From Burkholderiales bacterium (lineage in GTDB: Bacteria; Pseudomonadota; Gammaproteobacteria; Burkholderiales; SG8-41), in contig JALHRQ010000013.1 of NCBI GenBank assembly GCA_022841375.1, positions 5,384-69,383 on the forward strand: DNA of 64,000 nucleotides, in the 5' to 3' direction. Below the pieces are notes generated by a model. The model made no database searches and was not told the origin of the DNA. It was given only the letters and a program-made list of their open reading frames with translations. Shown here in pieces: positions 49,607-60,538 of the stretch (positions are counted from its first letter, which is position 1; the number at the start of each line of letters is the position of its first letter). The position numbers and the translations under genes were made by a program.

Positions 49607-51676
49607 ATGAGCGTGACAGCAACCCCAGCGCCACGGTATGAAGTCGGCGTCGATATCGGCGGAACGTTCACCGACGTGGTCTGCCGCAGTGACCGCGGTG
49701 TGATGCGTCTTGTCAAGATTCCGACGACCCGTGCGAATCCGAGCGCAGGCGTGCTGCATGCGGTGCAATACATGGCGAAAACCTGGAATGTGCCGCCGGA
49801 ACAGATCAGCCGTTTCGTGCATGGCACCACGGTGGCCACCAATGCCGTGCTTGAGCGCAAAGGTGCAATCATCGGTCTGATCACCACCCAGGGTTTCCGC
49901 GACACGCTGGAGATCGGCCGGCAGAACCGTCATTCTGTCTACAGTGTGATGCTGAAGCCGGAAACGCCGGTATTCCTGGTGCCCGGCGCGCTGCGGCGTG
50001 AGGTGCCCGAACGGATGACGGCGGCGGGAGAGATGCTGGTGCCGCTGGATGAAGCTGCGGTGCGGCGCGAAGTCGACGATCTCGTTGCGCAGGGCGTCAA
50101 GGCGATTGCCGTGTCATTTCTGTTCTCCTACCTCAACCCGGTGCACGAGCGCCGTGTCGCGGACATCATCCGTGAAATGTATCCGCAACTGATGGTGTCG
50201 CTGTCCTGCGAAGTCGATCCGGCCTTCCGTGAGTATGAGCGCACCTGCATCACCGCCTTTGATGCCTATCTCAAGCCGGTGATTGACCGTTACCTCGAAA
50301 ACATGGAAACCGACCTGGAATCCAATCAGGTCGGTTCGTCGCTGCAGATCATGCAGTCGAGAGGGGGCGTTGCATCTTCGAGCATCGCGCGGCGCCGGCC
50401 GGTCAGGCTGTTCCTGTCGGGTCCCGCGGCCGGTGTCATCGGCGGCAGCATGGCCGGCAACAGCGCGGGTTGCGAGGACATCATTACCATCGACATCGGC
50501 GGCACCAGCGCCGACATCGCGCTGGTCAGCCGCGGCAAGCCCCTGATCGCGGCCGAGGGCATGCTCGACGGCTATGCCGTGCGCGTGCCGATGGTTGACG
50601 TCAACGCCATCGGCGCCGGCGGCGGAAGCATCGCCTGGCTGGATGGCGCGAAGTCGCTGCGCGTCGGGCCGGCTTCGGCCGGTTCCGAGCCGGGCCCGGC
50701 CTGCTACGGGCGGGGCGGCGAGCAGCCCACGGTGACCGATGCGTCGATTGTGCTGGGTTATGTCGATCCAGCCTATTTTGCCGGCGGATCGTTGCAGCTG
50801 CAGCCCGAACTGTCGCGGCACGCGATCGCGGACAGGGTCGCAAGTCCGTTGGGCCTGACCGTCGAGCAGGCGGCTCTTGGCATTCATCGCGTGGTCAACG
50901 CCAACATGGCTGAGGGCATCCGCTTCGTCTCGGTGAAACGCGGCATTGATCCGCGCCGTTTCAGTCTGGTGCCGCTGGGCGGCGGCGGGCCTGTCCATGC
51001 CACCGCGCTGGCGCGGGAGCTGGGCATGCGGCGGGTGATCGTACCTTTGTATCCCGGCGTGCTGTCAGCCTCGGGGCTGCTCGCTGCGCCGGTCGAGCAT
51101 GAGGCCGCGACGGCTTTTCACGACCCCTTGGACCAGGCCTCTGCAACAGACCTGGTGCGTGAGTTCGCTGCACTGGATCGCCAATGCGGCGAACTGATGC
51201 AAATCGAGGGTATCGCGCCGGCGGATGTTGAAGTCCAGTATTTCGCCGATGTCTGCTATGTCGGCCAGTCCTTTCATCTGGAAATCCCGTTGCAACTGGA
51301 CGACGACGTGATCGCGCGGGTGCGCAAGGATTTTTACGCCGCCCACGATCGTATTTATGGCCACAGTGCCGAGGGTCCGGTGCAGTTCGTCAATCTGCGC
51401 AGCGTTCATCAAGCGCAAGCCTCTGTGGTGGCGGACAGCGCCTATGAACCTGAAGCCGGCGATCCGCGCAAAGGCGCGAGGCCCATCTTGACCGAAAAAT
51501 CCGGCGGTTTTGTCGAGGCCCAGGTCTACGAGCGGCGGCGCATCAAGCCCGGCGTCACTTTTTACGGCCCGGCGATCGTCGAGCAGGCTGACACTACCAC
51601 CGTGATCGAACCCGGCTGGCGGGCCGAGGTCGATGGACGGGGCAACCTGGTACTGACGGTGGGGGAACTGAAATGA
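49607..51676 (+). CDS. Hydantoinase/oxoprolinase subunit A
   Basis: DIGGTFTD, HGTTVATNA, SGPAAGV, DIGGTSAD and GAGGGSIA. Confidence 0.92.
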   Translation: MSVTATPAPRYEVGVDIGGTFTDVVCRSDRGVMRLVKIPTTRANPSAGVLHAVQYMAKTWNVPPEQISRFVHGTTVATNAVLERKGAIIGLITTQGFRDTLEIGRQNRHSVYSVMLKPETPVFLVPGALRREVPERMTAAGEMLVPLDEAAVRREVDDLVAQGVKAIAVSFLFSYLNPVHERRVADIIREMYPQLMVSLSCEVDPAFREYERTCITAFDAYLKPVIDRYLENMETDLESNQVGSSLQIMQSRGGVASSSIARRRPVRLFLSGPAAGVIGGSMAGNSAGCEDIITIDIGGTSADIALVSRGKPLIAAEGMLDGYAVRVPMVDVNAIGAGGGSIAWLDGAKSLRVGPASAGSEPGPACYGRGGEQPTVTDASIVLGYVDPAYFAGGSLQLQPELSRHAIADRVASPLGLTVEQAALGIHRVVNANMAEGIRFVSVKRGIDPRRFSLVPLGGGGPVHATALARELGMRRVIVPLYPGVLSASGLLAAPVEHEAATAFHDPLDQASATDLVREFAALDRQCGELMQIEGIAPADVEVQYFADVCYVGQSFHLEIPLQLDDDVIARVRKDFYAAHDRIYGHSAEGPVQFVNLRSVHQAQASVVADSAYEPEAGDPRKGARPILTEKSGGFVEAQVYERRRIKPGVTFYGPAIVEQADTTTVIEPGWRAEVDGRGNLVLTVGELK

Positions 51677-53355
51677 ATCGCGGGGATCGTGCAGAAGTTG
51701 TCGATCCGATTACCACCGAGGTGATCCGCAACAAGCTTGAAGGGATTGCCAACGAGATGGAGCTGACGCTGCTGAAAAGTTCCTTCTCGCCGATCGTCAA
51801 GGAAGGCCTCGACACCTCGGCCAGCCTGTTCACGGTGCGCGCCGAAACGCTGGCACAGGCCTGCGCGATACCGGTGCATCTGGCGACACTGATTCCGACC
51901 ATCCGCAGCATGCTGGCGAAATATCCGATCGAGACCATGCACGAGGGGGATGCCTATATCCTCAACGATCCTTACTGTGGCGGCACGCACCTGCCGGATA
52001 TCGCGATCATGACGCCGGTGTTTTATCGTGACCGCGTCATCGCGATGTCCGCCACCATGACCCACCATGGCGATGTCGGTGGTTATTCGCCGGGCTCGCT
52101 GCCGCCGAATTCGACCGAGATTTTCCAGGAAGGCCTGCGCATTCCACCGCTGAAATTCCGCGAAGCCGGCGCCTACAACGAAACCCTGGTTGCGTTGCTG
52201 CGCCAGAATTCGCGCCTGCCAGACACGCTGATGGGTGATCTCAATGCGCAGCTGGCGGCCTGCAATGTCGGTGCCCGCCGACTGCAGGAGCTGGCTGATG
52301 GCTACGGTGCCGACCTGCTGATGGCGATCTTCGATGAATTGCTGGACCGGTCGGAGATCATGACCCGGGAGGCGCTGCGGCGGATTCCGGAGGGCACTTA
52401 TCGCTACGTCGATGCGATGGACAACGACGGCATCGAACTCGACAAGCGCATCCGCGTCGAGGTGGCGGTGACGGTCAGGGACGGCACCATTGAATTCGAT
52501 CTTGCCGGCACCAGTCCGCAGGTCAAGGGGCCGATGAATTGCGTGCCCTCGGGTTCTCAGGCCGCTGCGTATTACGCGGTGCGCGTGCTGACCGATCCGA
52601 CAATCCCGACCAACGGCGGTTGTTTCCGTCCGGTGAGCCTGAAACTGCCCACGGGGTCACTGGTCAATCCGGTTGAGCCGGCGCCGGTCAACGCGCGGAC
52701 TTCGACGATCAAACGCATCGCCACCTCGATGGTCAGTGCACTCGCGGAAGTGTTGCCTGAGCGCGTGGGTGCGCCGGCCGCGGGCACGCTGCTGGTGGTC
52801 GCTTTCGGCGGCAATGACGCCCAAGGCAAGCGTTATATCGTTGGTGAACTGATCGCCGGCGGCAGTGGTGCTGCCAAAGGTCTTGATGGCGTGGATGTCG
52901 TTGATACCGATGCCAGCAATTGCATGAACCTGCCGGCGGAGGCGCTGGAAATGGAGGCGCCGATCCGTCTGCGACGTGTCGAATTGCGGCGTGATTCCGG
53001 TGGCGCCGGTGAATTCCGCGGCGGGCTGGGTGTGGTACGCGAATATGAAATCCTCTCCGACGGGGTGACCTTCACGCACCGTGGCGAGCGCCATTACAGC
53101 GCCGCGCCCGGACTCAACGGGGGCATGCCAGGCGCCCAAGCGCACTCGGTGATCCTTCGTGCTGATGGCACGCACGAAGAAATTCCTTCCAAAGCATTGA
53201 CCATGCTTAACAAGGGCGATCGCGTCATCGTCGAGACGCCTGGTGGTGGCGGGCATGGTGATCCCCGCAGGCGCAAGACTGTTGCCGAGGATGTGGCCAA
53301 CGGCAAGGTCAGCGCAGAGGCCGCCGGCAAGTTTTACGGCTGGAGCGAAGCTTGA
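51673..53355 (+). CDS. Hydantoinase B/oxoprolinase subunit
   Basis: NDPYCGGTHLPD, HHGDVGG, EIFQEGL, DSGGAG..RGG and TPGGGG.G. Confidence 0.92.
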   Translation: MNRGDRAEVVDPITTEVIRNKLEGIANEMELTLLKSSFSPIVKEGLDTSASLFTVRAETLAQACAIPVHLATLIPTIRSMLAKYPIETMHEGDAYILNDPYCGGTHLPDIAIMTPVFYRDRVIAMSATMTHHGDVGGYSPGSLPPNSTEIFQEGLRIPPLKFREAGAYNETLVALLRQNSRLPDTLMGDLNAQLAACNVGARRLQELADGYGADLLMAIFDELLDRSEIMTREALRRIPEGTYRYVDAMDNDGIELDKRIRVEVAVTVRDGTIEFDLAGTSPQVKGPMNCVPSGSQAAAYYAVRVLTDPTIPTNGGCFRPVSLKLPTGSLVNPVEPAPVNARTSTIKRIATSMVSALAEVLPERVGAPAAGTLLVVAFGGNDAQGKRYIVGELIAGGSGAAKGLDGVDVVDTDASNCMNLPAEALEMEAPIRLRRVELRRDSGGAGEFRGGLGVVREYEILSDGVTFTHRGERHYSAAPGLNGGMPGAQAHSVILRADGTHEEIPSKALTMLNKGDRVIVETPGGGGHGDPRRRKTVAEDVANGKVSAEAAGKFYGWSEA

Positions 53356-53401
53356 GGAGAATTTGCGTGCTGCGAATTTACGTGCGGGATTTTCCTGCGG
53401 C

Positions 53402-54697
53402 ATGAACATTTCCACATCCCATCCACCGTCGATCTGGTTGAGCAGCGCCAATTCCGCGAGGACTTATCCCCGGTTGAAGGCGAACCTCAACACCGAAGTG
53501 ATCATCATTGGTGGGGGTTTCACCGGCCTCTCGACTGCCTGGCATTTGGCCAAAGCCGGCGTGGCCTGTGTGCTGCTCGAGGCGCAGGATATCGGCTGGG
53601 GCGCCAGCGGACGCAACGGCGGGATGGCCGTGCTGCGCTACAAGAAACCCTGGGCCATGCTGGCCCGCCAGTACGGCGAAGACACAACGCGGCACCTGCA
53701 CAGCCTGCTGCTGGGCGCGCTGGATACCATCGAAGTCATGGTCGCGGAGGCGGGCATTGCCTGCGATTTTTCACGCCATGGCCATATCACCGCGGCCAAC
53801 GGCAAATCGGCCGTCGCGATGCTGGAGGCGGACATTGCGTGGCTGCGCAGCGCCGGCGATCACGCACCGCGCATGCTGAGTCGTGCCGAGACGGCTGACC
53901 TGACCGGAACGCATTGTTATCTTGAGGGCTATCTCGATCCGCGCTCGGCGGGCATACACCCGCTCAACTATGCCCGCGGACTGGCTGCGGCCCTGGCTGA
54001 CCGCGGTGTGCCATTACATTGCGCCACGCCGGTTACTGCGATTGGCGAGGATGGGCAGGGCGTCAGTGTCACTACGTCCGGCGGTACGGTGCGCGCAAAG
54101 CAGTTGCTTATCGCCACCAATGCATACACCGAGCTGTTTGGTTTTGGCACTGATCTGGATCGCCGGGTCGTGCCGGTGTCGACATCGGTCATTACCACGG
54201 CGCCGCTCCCGCAGGAGCAGCTGCGCAGCTTGCTGCCGCAGGGACATCTGGTTTCGGATACACGCCACCTGCTCAACTACTACCGCGTGGCACCGGGAGG
54301 GCGCCTGCTGTTCGGCGGGCGCGGCTCGCTGACCGGACACGAGTCGCTGGAAGTGTATGCCGGACTCGAGCGCAAGATGGTCGAGACTTTTCCGTCGTTG
54401 GCCGGTGTTGCGATCGATCACCGCTGGTCGGGCAAGGTGGCGGTGACGCTGGATGATTTTCCGCATCTCGGGCGACTGGGCGACCGGGTGGCTTATGCCA
54501 TGGGTTACGGCGGTCGCGGCGTCATTCTTACCGGCCTGCTGGGCAAAATGCTGGCCGGGCTCGCTACCGGAAACGAGGTCGATGCCGGTCCGATGGGCGG
54601 CAAAACTTTCACACCGATACCGTTCCACGGCCTGCGCATTCCGGCGATGAAGGCGGTCGCCGGGTATTACCGCCTTCTCGACGCACTCCGGGTCTGA
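53402..54697 (+). CDS. FAD-dependent oxidoreductase (DadA/PuuB-like)
   Basis: GGGFTG, GASGRNGG, HPLNYARGLA, ATNAY and GYGGRG. Confidence 0.88.
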   Translation: MNISTSHPPSIWLSSANSARTYPRLKANLNTEVIIIGGGFTGLSTAWHLAKAGVACVLLEAQDIGWGASGRNGGMAVLRYKKPWAMLARQYGEDTTRHLHSLLLGALDTIEVMVAEAGIACDFSRHGHITAANGKSAVAMLEADIAWLRSAGDHAPRMLSRAETADLTGTHCYLEGYLDPRSAGIHPLNYARGLAAALADRGVPLHCATPVTAIGEDGQGVSVTTSGGTVRAKQLLIATNAYTELFGFGTDLDRRVVPVSTSVITTAPLPQEQLRSLLPQGHLVSDTRHLLNYYRVAPGGRLLFGGRGSLTGHESLEVYAGLERKMVETFPSLAGVAIDHRWSGKVAVTLDDFPHLGRLGDRVAYAMGYGGRGVILTGLLGKMLAGLATGNEVDAGPMGGKTFTPIPFHGLRIPAMKAVAGYYRLLDALRV

Positions 54698-54713
54698 AGC
54701 TTTTCCGGCGCTT

Positions 54714-55697
54714 TTACTGCACCTTGATACCCGCTTCCTTGATGACCTTGGTCCAGAGCTTTTTCTCGGCCTGAACTACGGCGAGCAGTTGCGCAGGGGT
54801 GCTGCCGCCGGGCTCGACGCCATCGCGCATCAGGCGTTCCTTGACGTCAGGCAGAGACAGCGCGCGCACGAGTTCCTTGTTTAGACGGGCGACGATGGGC
54901 GCCGGCGTAGCAGAAGGCACGAACACGCCATACCAGGAGTTCACCTCGAAGCCCGGCAGACCCTGTTCGGCAATGGTCGGAATATCGGGTGCGCCCGATG
55001 AGCGTTTCAATCCGCTGACGCCGAGGGCCTTCAGGCGCCCGGCTTTGACATGGGGGATTGCGGGCAGCAAGGGGCCGAATCCGAGTTTGACTTCGCCGCC
55101 GATCAACGCCGGCAGTGCAGCACCGCTACCTCGAAACGGCACATGGGTGAGCCGGATGCCGGCCATCGAGCTCAGCAGTTCAGCGGCAAGATGATTCGCC
55201 GTTCCGATGCCTGAGGAGGCATAGTTGATTTCACTTGGTTTGGCCTTGGCCAGCGCGATGAGGTCACGGACGTTGTTCGCTGCAAGCCCCGGATTTGCCG
55301 ACAGTATGCTCATCGAATCGCCGAGCTTGGAGACTGCAGCGAAATCACGGTCCGGATCAAATCCCACTTTCTGGCCGATCACCGGCGCAATGACCAGCGG
55401 ACCTCCGGTCCCCAGCAGAATTGAATGCCCGTCAGGCTGTGCCGCAGCGACGATTTCGGCGCTGACGTTGCCGCCGGCACCGGCGCGGTTATCGACAACA
55501 ACCTGCTGTCCCAGGCCCTCGGAGAGCTTGCTGCCGACGACACGGGCAATGGTGTCACTGGGACCGCCCGGAAGAAAACCCACCACAAAACGCACCGGGC
55601 GCGTTGGGTAGGCGTTGGCCTGCAGGTAGGGCAGGATGCCCGCCAGCGCTATCGCTGCGGCAAGCAGGCGGGGTACCGATTTGGATTTAATTGCCAT
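54714..55697 (-). CDS. Bug/TctC substrate-binding protein
   Basis: YPTRPVRFVVGF.PGG, DNRAGAGG and HVPFRG. Confidence 0.92.
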   Translation of the reverse strand: MAIKSKSVPRLLAAAIALAGILPYLQANAYPTRPVRFVVGFLPGGPSDTIARVVGSKLSEGLGQQVVVDNRAGAGGNVSAEIVAAAQPDGHSILLGTGGPLVIAPVIGQKVGFDPDRDFAAVSKLGDSMSILSANPGLAANNVRDLIALAKAKPSEINYASSGIGTANHLAAELLSSMAGIRLTHVPFRGSGAALPALIGGEVKLGFGPLLPAIPHVKAGRLKALGVSGLKRSSGAPDIPTIAEQGLPGFEVNSWYGVFVPSATPAPIVARLNKELVRALSLPDVKERLMRDGVEPGGSTPAQLLAVVQAEKKLWTKVIKEAGIKVQ

Positions 55698-55724
55698 GGG
55701 GTTCTCCAGTAGTTATTAGAGGGA

Positions 55725-56717
55725 TCAGTCGAGCACGATGCCGGATTGTTTGACCAGTTTCGTCCATCTTGCGGCGTCTTCCTGGATCAATTTCTCGAAT
55801 TGCGCGACAGTCGTGTATTCGGTTTCGATGCCCTGGTTTTCAAGACGCTCGACCACCACCGGCAGCTCGAGGGCTTTCTTGATTTCAAGGTTGAGTTTGG
55901 TGACGATGGCTTTCGGTGTGGCAGCGGGGGCCATCAGGCCGTACCACACGGGCACCTCGTAGCCGGGCAAGGTCTCCGCGATCGTGGGCACTTGCGGCGC
56001 AGCCTTGGAACGCTTGGCGCCGGTGACGCCGATCGCGCGCAGCTTACCGACCTTGATCTGCGGCAGTGCGGCCAATACCGGAAGAAAGCTCAACTGCACT
56101 TCGCCCTGGATGGTAGCGAGGATGTTGAGCGACGCGCCCTTGTAGGCGACCGCCGTAAGCTGCACGCCGCTCATCACCGAAAACAGCTCGCCGGCGAGAT
56201 GATTGGTCGAGCCCTGGCCGGAATGGCCGAAATGCAGACGGCCTGGCGGCTGGCTCTTGCCATAGGCAATCAGCTCCTTGACGTTGGTTGCGGGCACTGA
56301 CGGATTGATCATCATCATCGTTGCGCCGAACCCGATCACCGACAGTGGCGCGAAAGCCTTGATCGGATCGTAGGACGGCTTGACCTTGAAATTCGGGCTG
56401 ATCGTGATCACAGGCTGTCCCATGAACAGGGTGTGGCCGTCGGGGTTGGCCTTGGCGGCGATTTCCATGGCCAATGTACCGCCTGCACCGGGGCGTCCAT
56501 CGATAATGATGCGCTGGTTGAGTTGCTCACCAAGCTGGGCAGCCATGGTGCGAGCGACGGTGTCACTGACGCCTCCCGGCAGGTAGCCGGTGATGATGCG
56601 CATCGGACGATTGGGGAAATCCGTAGCCTGCTGCGCAAGGGCATGACCTGCAGAAGCGATTGCCAGAAAACCGATCAGCGAAGCCAGGTTACGCAAAAAG
56701 TTCATGGTCATTTCCAT
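55725..56717 (-). CDS. Bug/TctC substrate-binding protein
   Basis: FPNRPMRII.GY.PGG, DGHTL and YKG. Confidence 0.92.
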   Translation of the reverse strand: MEMTMNFLRNLASLIGFLAIASAGHALAQQATDFPNRPMRIITGYLPGGVSDTVARTMAAQLGEQLNQRIIIDGRPGAGGTLAMEIAAKANPDGHTLFMGQPVITISPNFKVKPSYDPIKAFAPLSVIGFGATMMMINPSVPATNVKELIAYGKSQPPGRLHFGHSGQGSTNHLAGELFSVMSGVQLTAVAYKGASLNILATIQGEVQLSFLPVLAALPQIKVGKLRAIGVTGAKRSKAAPQVPTIAETLPGYEVPVWYGLMAPAATPKAIVTKLNLEIKKALELPVVVERLENQGIETEYTTVAQFEKLIQEDAARWTKLVKQSGIVLD

Positions 56718-56778
56718 TTCCTCGTGTCAGTTTGCTGCATTCGAGTTTACGACTTTGACGCGATGCCTGCAGGTTCTC

Positions 56779-57759
56779 TCAGGAAGTAGCAGGTTTGATG
56801 ACTTCCATCAGTTTCTTCCACTTCGCCAGCTCAGTGCGGATATGCCGGGAAAATCCGTCGGGGGTGCTGGTAACAGGGTCCGCGCCTTCGCGGGTCAGGC
56901 GCTCGTTGACTTCAGGTAGTGCCACAACAGCGACGATTTCCCGATGCAGCCGTTCAACAATGGCTGCCGGTGAGCCTGCCGGCAGCAAGGTGCCATACCA
57001 GGAATCGATCTGGTATCCCGGCACGCCGGATTCAGCGATTGTTGGAATTTCGGGTGCACCAGGGGAGCGCCGCGAGCCGGTAACGCCCAGTGCCCGAAGT
57101 TTTCCGCTGCGGACCATTGGCAGTGCGGGCACGATCGGACCAAAAGTGAGTTGTACTTCTCCTGACATCAGGGCAGGCAGGTTTTGTCCGGCTCCTTTGT
57201 AGGGCACATGAACCATACGTACGCCGGCCATGGTGTTGAAGAGTTCGGCAGCAAGATGGTTCGAAGTGCCCTGACCGGAAGAGGCGTAGTTCAACTGCCC
57301 GGGCCGAGCCTTTGCAATCGCGACGAGTTCGCGCACCGTCGTTGCAACCTGAGGATGAACGAGCAGCACCGCCATGGTCGAGGCGACAAGGGATATCGGA
57401 CGAAAATCCCGTTCAGGATCGAAGGCCATCTTTTTGCCGAGATTGGGTGTGATGGTCAGCGGTCCGGGAGTGCCCAGCAGCAGCGTGTAGCCGTCCGGTG
57501 CAGAACGCGCCACGATTTCGGTCGCGATGTTGCCACCGGCACCACCGCGGTTGTCGATGACGATCTGTTGACTCAGCCGCTCGCCGAGTCTCTGGCTCAC
57601 TACCCGTGCCACCGTGTCACTGGCACCTCCTGGCGTGAAGCCGACGACAAAACGCAGGGGGCGCGATGGATACGGGATTTCAGCCGGCGCGGACTGCGCC
57701 TCGATCGGCAGTAACAGAACAAGCAGGATCAGGGCTGTGGGATAAATTCTACGAAGCAT
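56779..57759 (-). CDS. Bug/TctC substrate-binding protein
   Basis: YPSRPLRFVVGF.PGG, DGYTLL and HVPYKG. Confidence 0.92.
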   Translation of the reverse strand: MLRRIYPTALILLVLLLPIEAQSAPAEIPYPSRPLRFVVGFTPGGASDTVARVVSQRLGERLSQQIVIDNRGGAGGNIATEIVARSAPDGYTLLLGTPGPLTITPNLGKKMAFDPERDFRPISLVASTMAVLLVHPQVATTVRELVAIAKARPGQLNYASSGQGTSNHLAAELFNTMAGVRMVHVPYKGAGQNLPALMSGEVQLTFGPIVPALPMVRSGKLRALGVTGSRRSPGAPEIPTIAESGVPGYQIDSWYGTLLPAGSPAAIVERLHREIVAVVALPEVNERLTREGADPVTSTPDGFSRHIRTELAKWKKLMEVIKPATS

Positions 57760-57810
57760 GATGTTTTCCCGGGTTCGCAGAAGGGATTGCAAGTTTCGTG
57801 CCGTCTTCGT

Positions 57811-59379
57811 TCAATGTCCTGCTACGGCGCCGGACCATGGCGACATGACATCGGAGATGCCCTGGTGTTCGCCCGTTTTCGGGTCATGAAGCACCGCGCT
57901 GGGGCATGCAAAATTTGTCGGGTACACCACCAGCTCGGTCATGCTGAGCGGAAATTTTCCGGCAAGCGCCTGTTTGGTGGCTTCGCTGTGGCGGGGGTCG
58001 ACGCCCACCGTATCCCCGCCGCTGGCGTCGATGCGCGGCTGGTGGAAGGCATTGTCGAGTGTCATGCCGTGATCAATCAGGAAAGAGCTGATCTGGTAGA
58101 CCGCCGGCAGGATCTTGCGTCCGCCGGAAGCGCCGATCGCAAACCAGGGTTTGCCTTCACGGGTAGCGATGACCGGGCACATGTTGGACAGCGCACGTTT
58201 ACCCGGTGCCAGGCAGTTGGGTGATTCCGGGCGGGGATCGAACCACATGATGCCGTTGTTCATCAGCACACCACTCGATGGCAGCACCACTTTGGAACCG
58301 AATACCGACAGCAGGGTTTGTGTCAGCGCCACCATGTTGCCGTCGCGGTCGATGACATTGAGGTGAGTGGTGGTCGATGGGTCGCGGCGGTCGCTGTTGT
58401 CGCCCATGCTGGTGAGGCGCTCGGCATAAGCGTCACGCAATGCGGCGGCGTAGGCGACGAAGGCATCGCTTCCAGGCTGTCCGCCTGCGAATTTCAGGCT
58501 TCGCAGCGGCTCCAGCGCGCGCAGCATCGTCGGTCCTGCCGTCAGTTGCGGTGGCAGCGCCAGTTTGGCGCCGTGATATTCGGTTTCAATCGGGTCCACG
58601 ATGCGCGCGTGGAAATTGGCCAAATCCTGTGAGGACAGGTTGCCACCCATGGCGCGGATGTCGCGGGCAATGCCGTCGGCAATCTCGCCTTCGTAGAAAT
58701 CGCGCGGTCCGGCCTCCGCAAGCCGGCGCAGTGTTTCGGCCAGCCCTTTCAACTTCAGACTGCCCAGCGCGGCGCCAGCAGCAGTGACCGGCGGGAAACC
58801 GCCGGGCAGCCAGATGTCACGGGTCACCGGGTAGCGCGACAGTTCTTTGGCCATCGTGGCTACCTTGAGCGTCAGATACCAGTCAATGGCCATGCCTTCG
58901 TCGGCCAGTGCGATGGCCGGTTGCACCACGTCACGGAACGGCAGGGTACCGAATTCTTCCAATGCGGTGGCCAGTCCATCGACGTGTCCTGGAATCGCGA
59001 TCGACATTGGACCATGCACATTGCGGTCGTCCTTGACGCTGGGCCAAGTGAACAGGTCACTGGTGTAGCCGCCGGTGAGCGGATAGTCCGCGGGGTCGAG
59101 ACCGGCCGGCGAGATCGGACCGAAGTCGACCACCTGCACCCGGTTTTCCCGGGCAAGGTAGACCATCATGAAACCCACGCCGCCAAGGCCGCTGTTCCAG
59201 GGCTCTACCGCGGCCAGCGCAAGGCCGGTCGCGACGGCAGCGTCGACGGCGTTACCTCCCGCTGCCAGAATGCGCGCGCCGGCTTCACTGGCGATGTGAT
59301 TCTGCGATGTGACAATGCCGCCACTGGAGGTGGCGAGAGGTTTACTGACTTTCCAATTCTGTACGAGATGTGAGTCCAT
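57811..59379 (-). CDS. Gamma-glutamyltransferase family Ntn hydrolase
   Basis: GGNAVDAAVA, EPWNSGLGG, TTHL.VID..GN.V.LT, NNG..WF and GASGGR.I. Confidence 0.9.
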   Translation of the reverse strand: MDSHLVQNWKVSKPLATSSGGIVTSQNHIASEAGARILAAGGNAVDAAVATGLALAAVEPWNSGLGGVGFMMVYLARENRVQVVDFGPISPAGLDPADYPLTGGYTSDLFTWPSVKDDRNVHGPMSIAIPGHVDGLATALEEFGTLPFRDVVQPAIALADEGMAIDWYLTLKVATMAKELSRYPVTRDIWLPGGFPPVTAAGAALGSLKLKGLAETLRRLAEAGPRDFYEGEIADGIARDIRAMGGNLSSQDLANFHARIVDPIETEYHGAKLALPPQLTAGPTMLRALEPLRSLKFAGGQPGSDAFVAYAAALRDAYAERLTSMGDNSDRRDPSTTTHLNVIDRDGNMVALTQTLLSVFGSKVVLPSSGVLMNNGIMWFDPRPESPNCLAPGKRALSNMCPVIATREGKPWFAIGASGGRKILPAVYQISSFLIDHGMTLDNAFHQPRIDASGGDTVGVDPRHSEATKQALAGKFPLSMTELVVYPTNFACPSAVLHDPKTGEHQGISDVMSPWSGAVAGH

Positions 59380-59495
59380 GCGGGCGTCTTTGAATTCAGG
59401 ATCCGAAGTCTGTGGCGGTTATAATCGGATCGATGCTAATCGAAAGCATTGCTCGCGCCTAGACCCGATTCCAGCCGACGAACTTCTTTCCGACC

Positions 59496-60332
59496 ATGAG
59501 CAAACATATTGTTTGTCTGACCTTCGATTTTGATGCCATATCGGGTTTCATTGCCCGCGGGCAGACGACAGCGAGTTGGAGGTCGCGCGGTGAATTCGGC
59601 CCCCGCGTCGGGGCGCCACGGCTTCTGGAGTTGTTCCGCAAGTACGGTATCCGGACTTCCTGGTATGTCCCTGGCCACACCATCGAGACCTTCCCTGCAG
59701 CGGTGACTTCTGTAGTGGAGGCCGGACACGAAATCGGGCATCACGGCTGGACTCACCGCCCCCCGGCAAGCCTGACCCGGGATCAGGAAGAAGCGGAGCT
59801 GATACGCGGCAACGAGGCAATACGATGCATTTCGGGCAAAGCGGCTCGCGGCTACCGATCGCCGTCTTGGGACTTGTCTCCGCACTCGGTCGAACTGATG
59901 CTCAAGCACGGTTTTGATTACGATAGCAGCATGATGGGTGACGATTACACGCCTTATTACGCCCGTCAGGGTGATCGTATCGTGCTCGAGGAGAAGGCCA
60001 CTTTCGGACCGTCCAGCCCGTTGGTGGAAATGCCGATCCACTGGTCGACCGATGATTCGCCGCATTTCGAGTTCGTGCGCACCGAAAACAGTTTGCGTCA
60101 GGGTCTGCAAAACGCCGGCGATGTGCTCGACAACTGGATCAGCGATTTTCTTTACATGAAGCGCACGGTCGATTGGGGTGTGCTGACCTACACCTGCCAC
60201 CCTTTCATCATCGGCCGCGGTCACCGCATGCTGATGCTTGAAAGCCTTATCCGTCGGGTATTGGACGAAGGCGGGGTGTTTCAGCGTGTCGATGAGACCG
60301 TGGACGAATTCAAGGCCAAGACGGCCGCTTGA
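59496..60332 (+). CDS. Polysaccharide deacetylase family (CE4), copy 2, close paralog of 47350..48195
   Basis: Same motifs: TFDFDAISG, HEIGHHGWTH, GYRSPSWDLS and YDSSMMGDDYTPY. Confidence 0.88.
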   Translation: MSKHIVCLTFDFDAISGFIARGQTTASWRSRGEFGPRVGAPRLLELFRKYGIRTSWYVPGHTIETFPAAVTSVVEAGHEIGHHGWTHRPPASLTRDQEEAELIRGNEAIRCISGKAARGYRSPSWDLSPHSVELMLKHGFDYDSSMMGDDYTPYYARQGDRIVLEEKATFGPSSPLVEMPIHWSTDDSPHFEFVRTENSLRQGLQNAGDVLDNWISDFLYMKRTVDWGVLTYTCHPFIIGRGHRMLMLESLIRRVLDEGGVFQRVDETVDEFKAKTAA

Positions 60333-60538
60333 TCAGACGTCTGCTGTCTCCTGCATCCGCTTTGCGGAAATGGAGGATGCGAACGATGACACGCTGCGTC
60401 TGCAATGCTGATTGACTGTTCATTCAATGGACCGGTATGTCATGTCGCGAACCGGCTTCGGGCCGGCTGACGGGGGCGGGTGCTATAGTCTTCGGCGTTC
60501 AGGCGACGCATAAAAACAACTGGGGAGGGGTTCGTAAT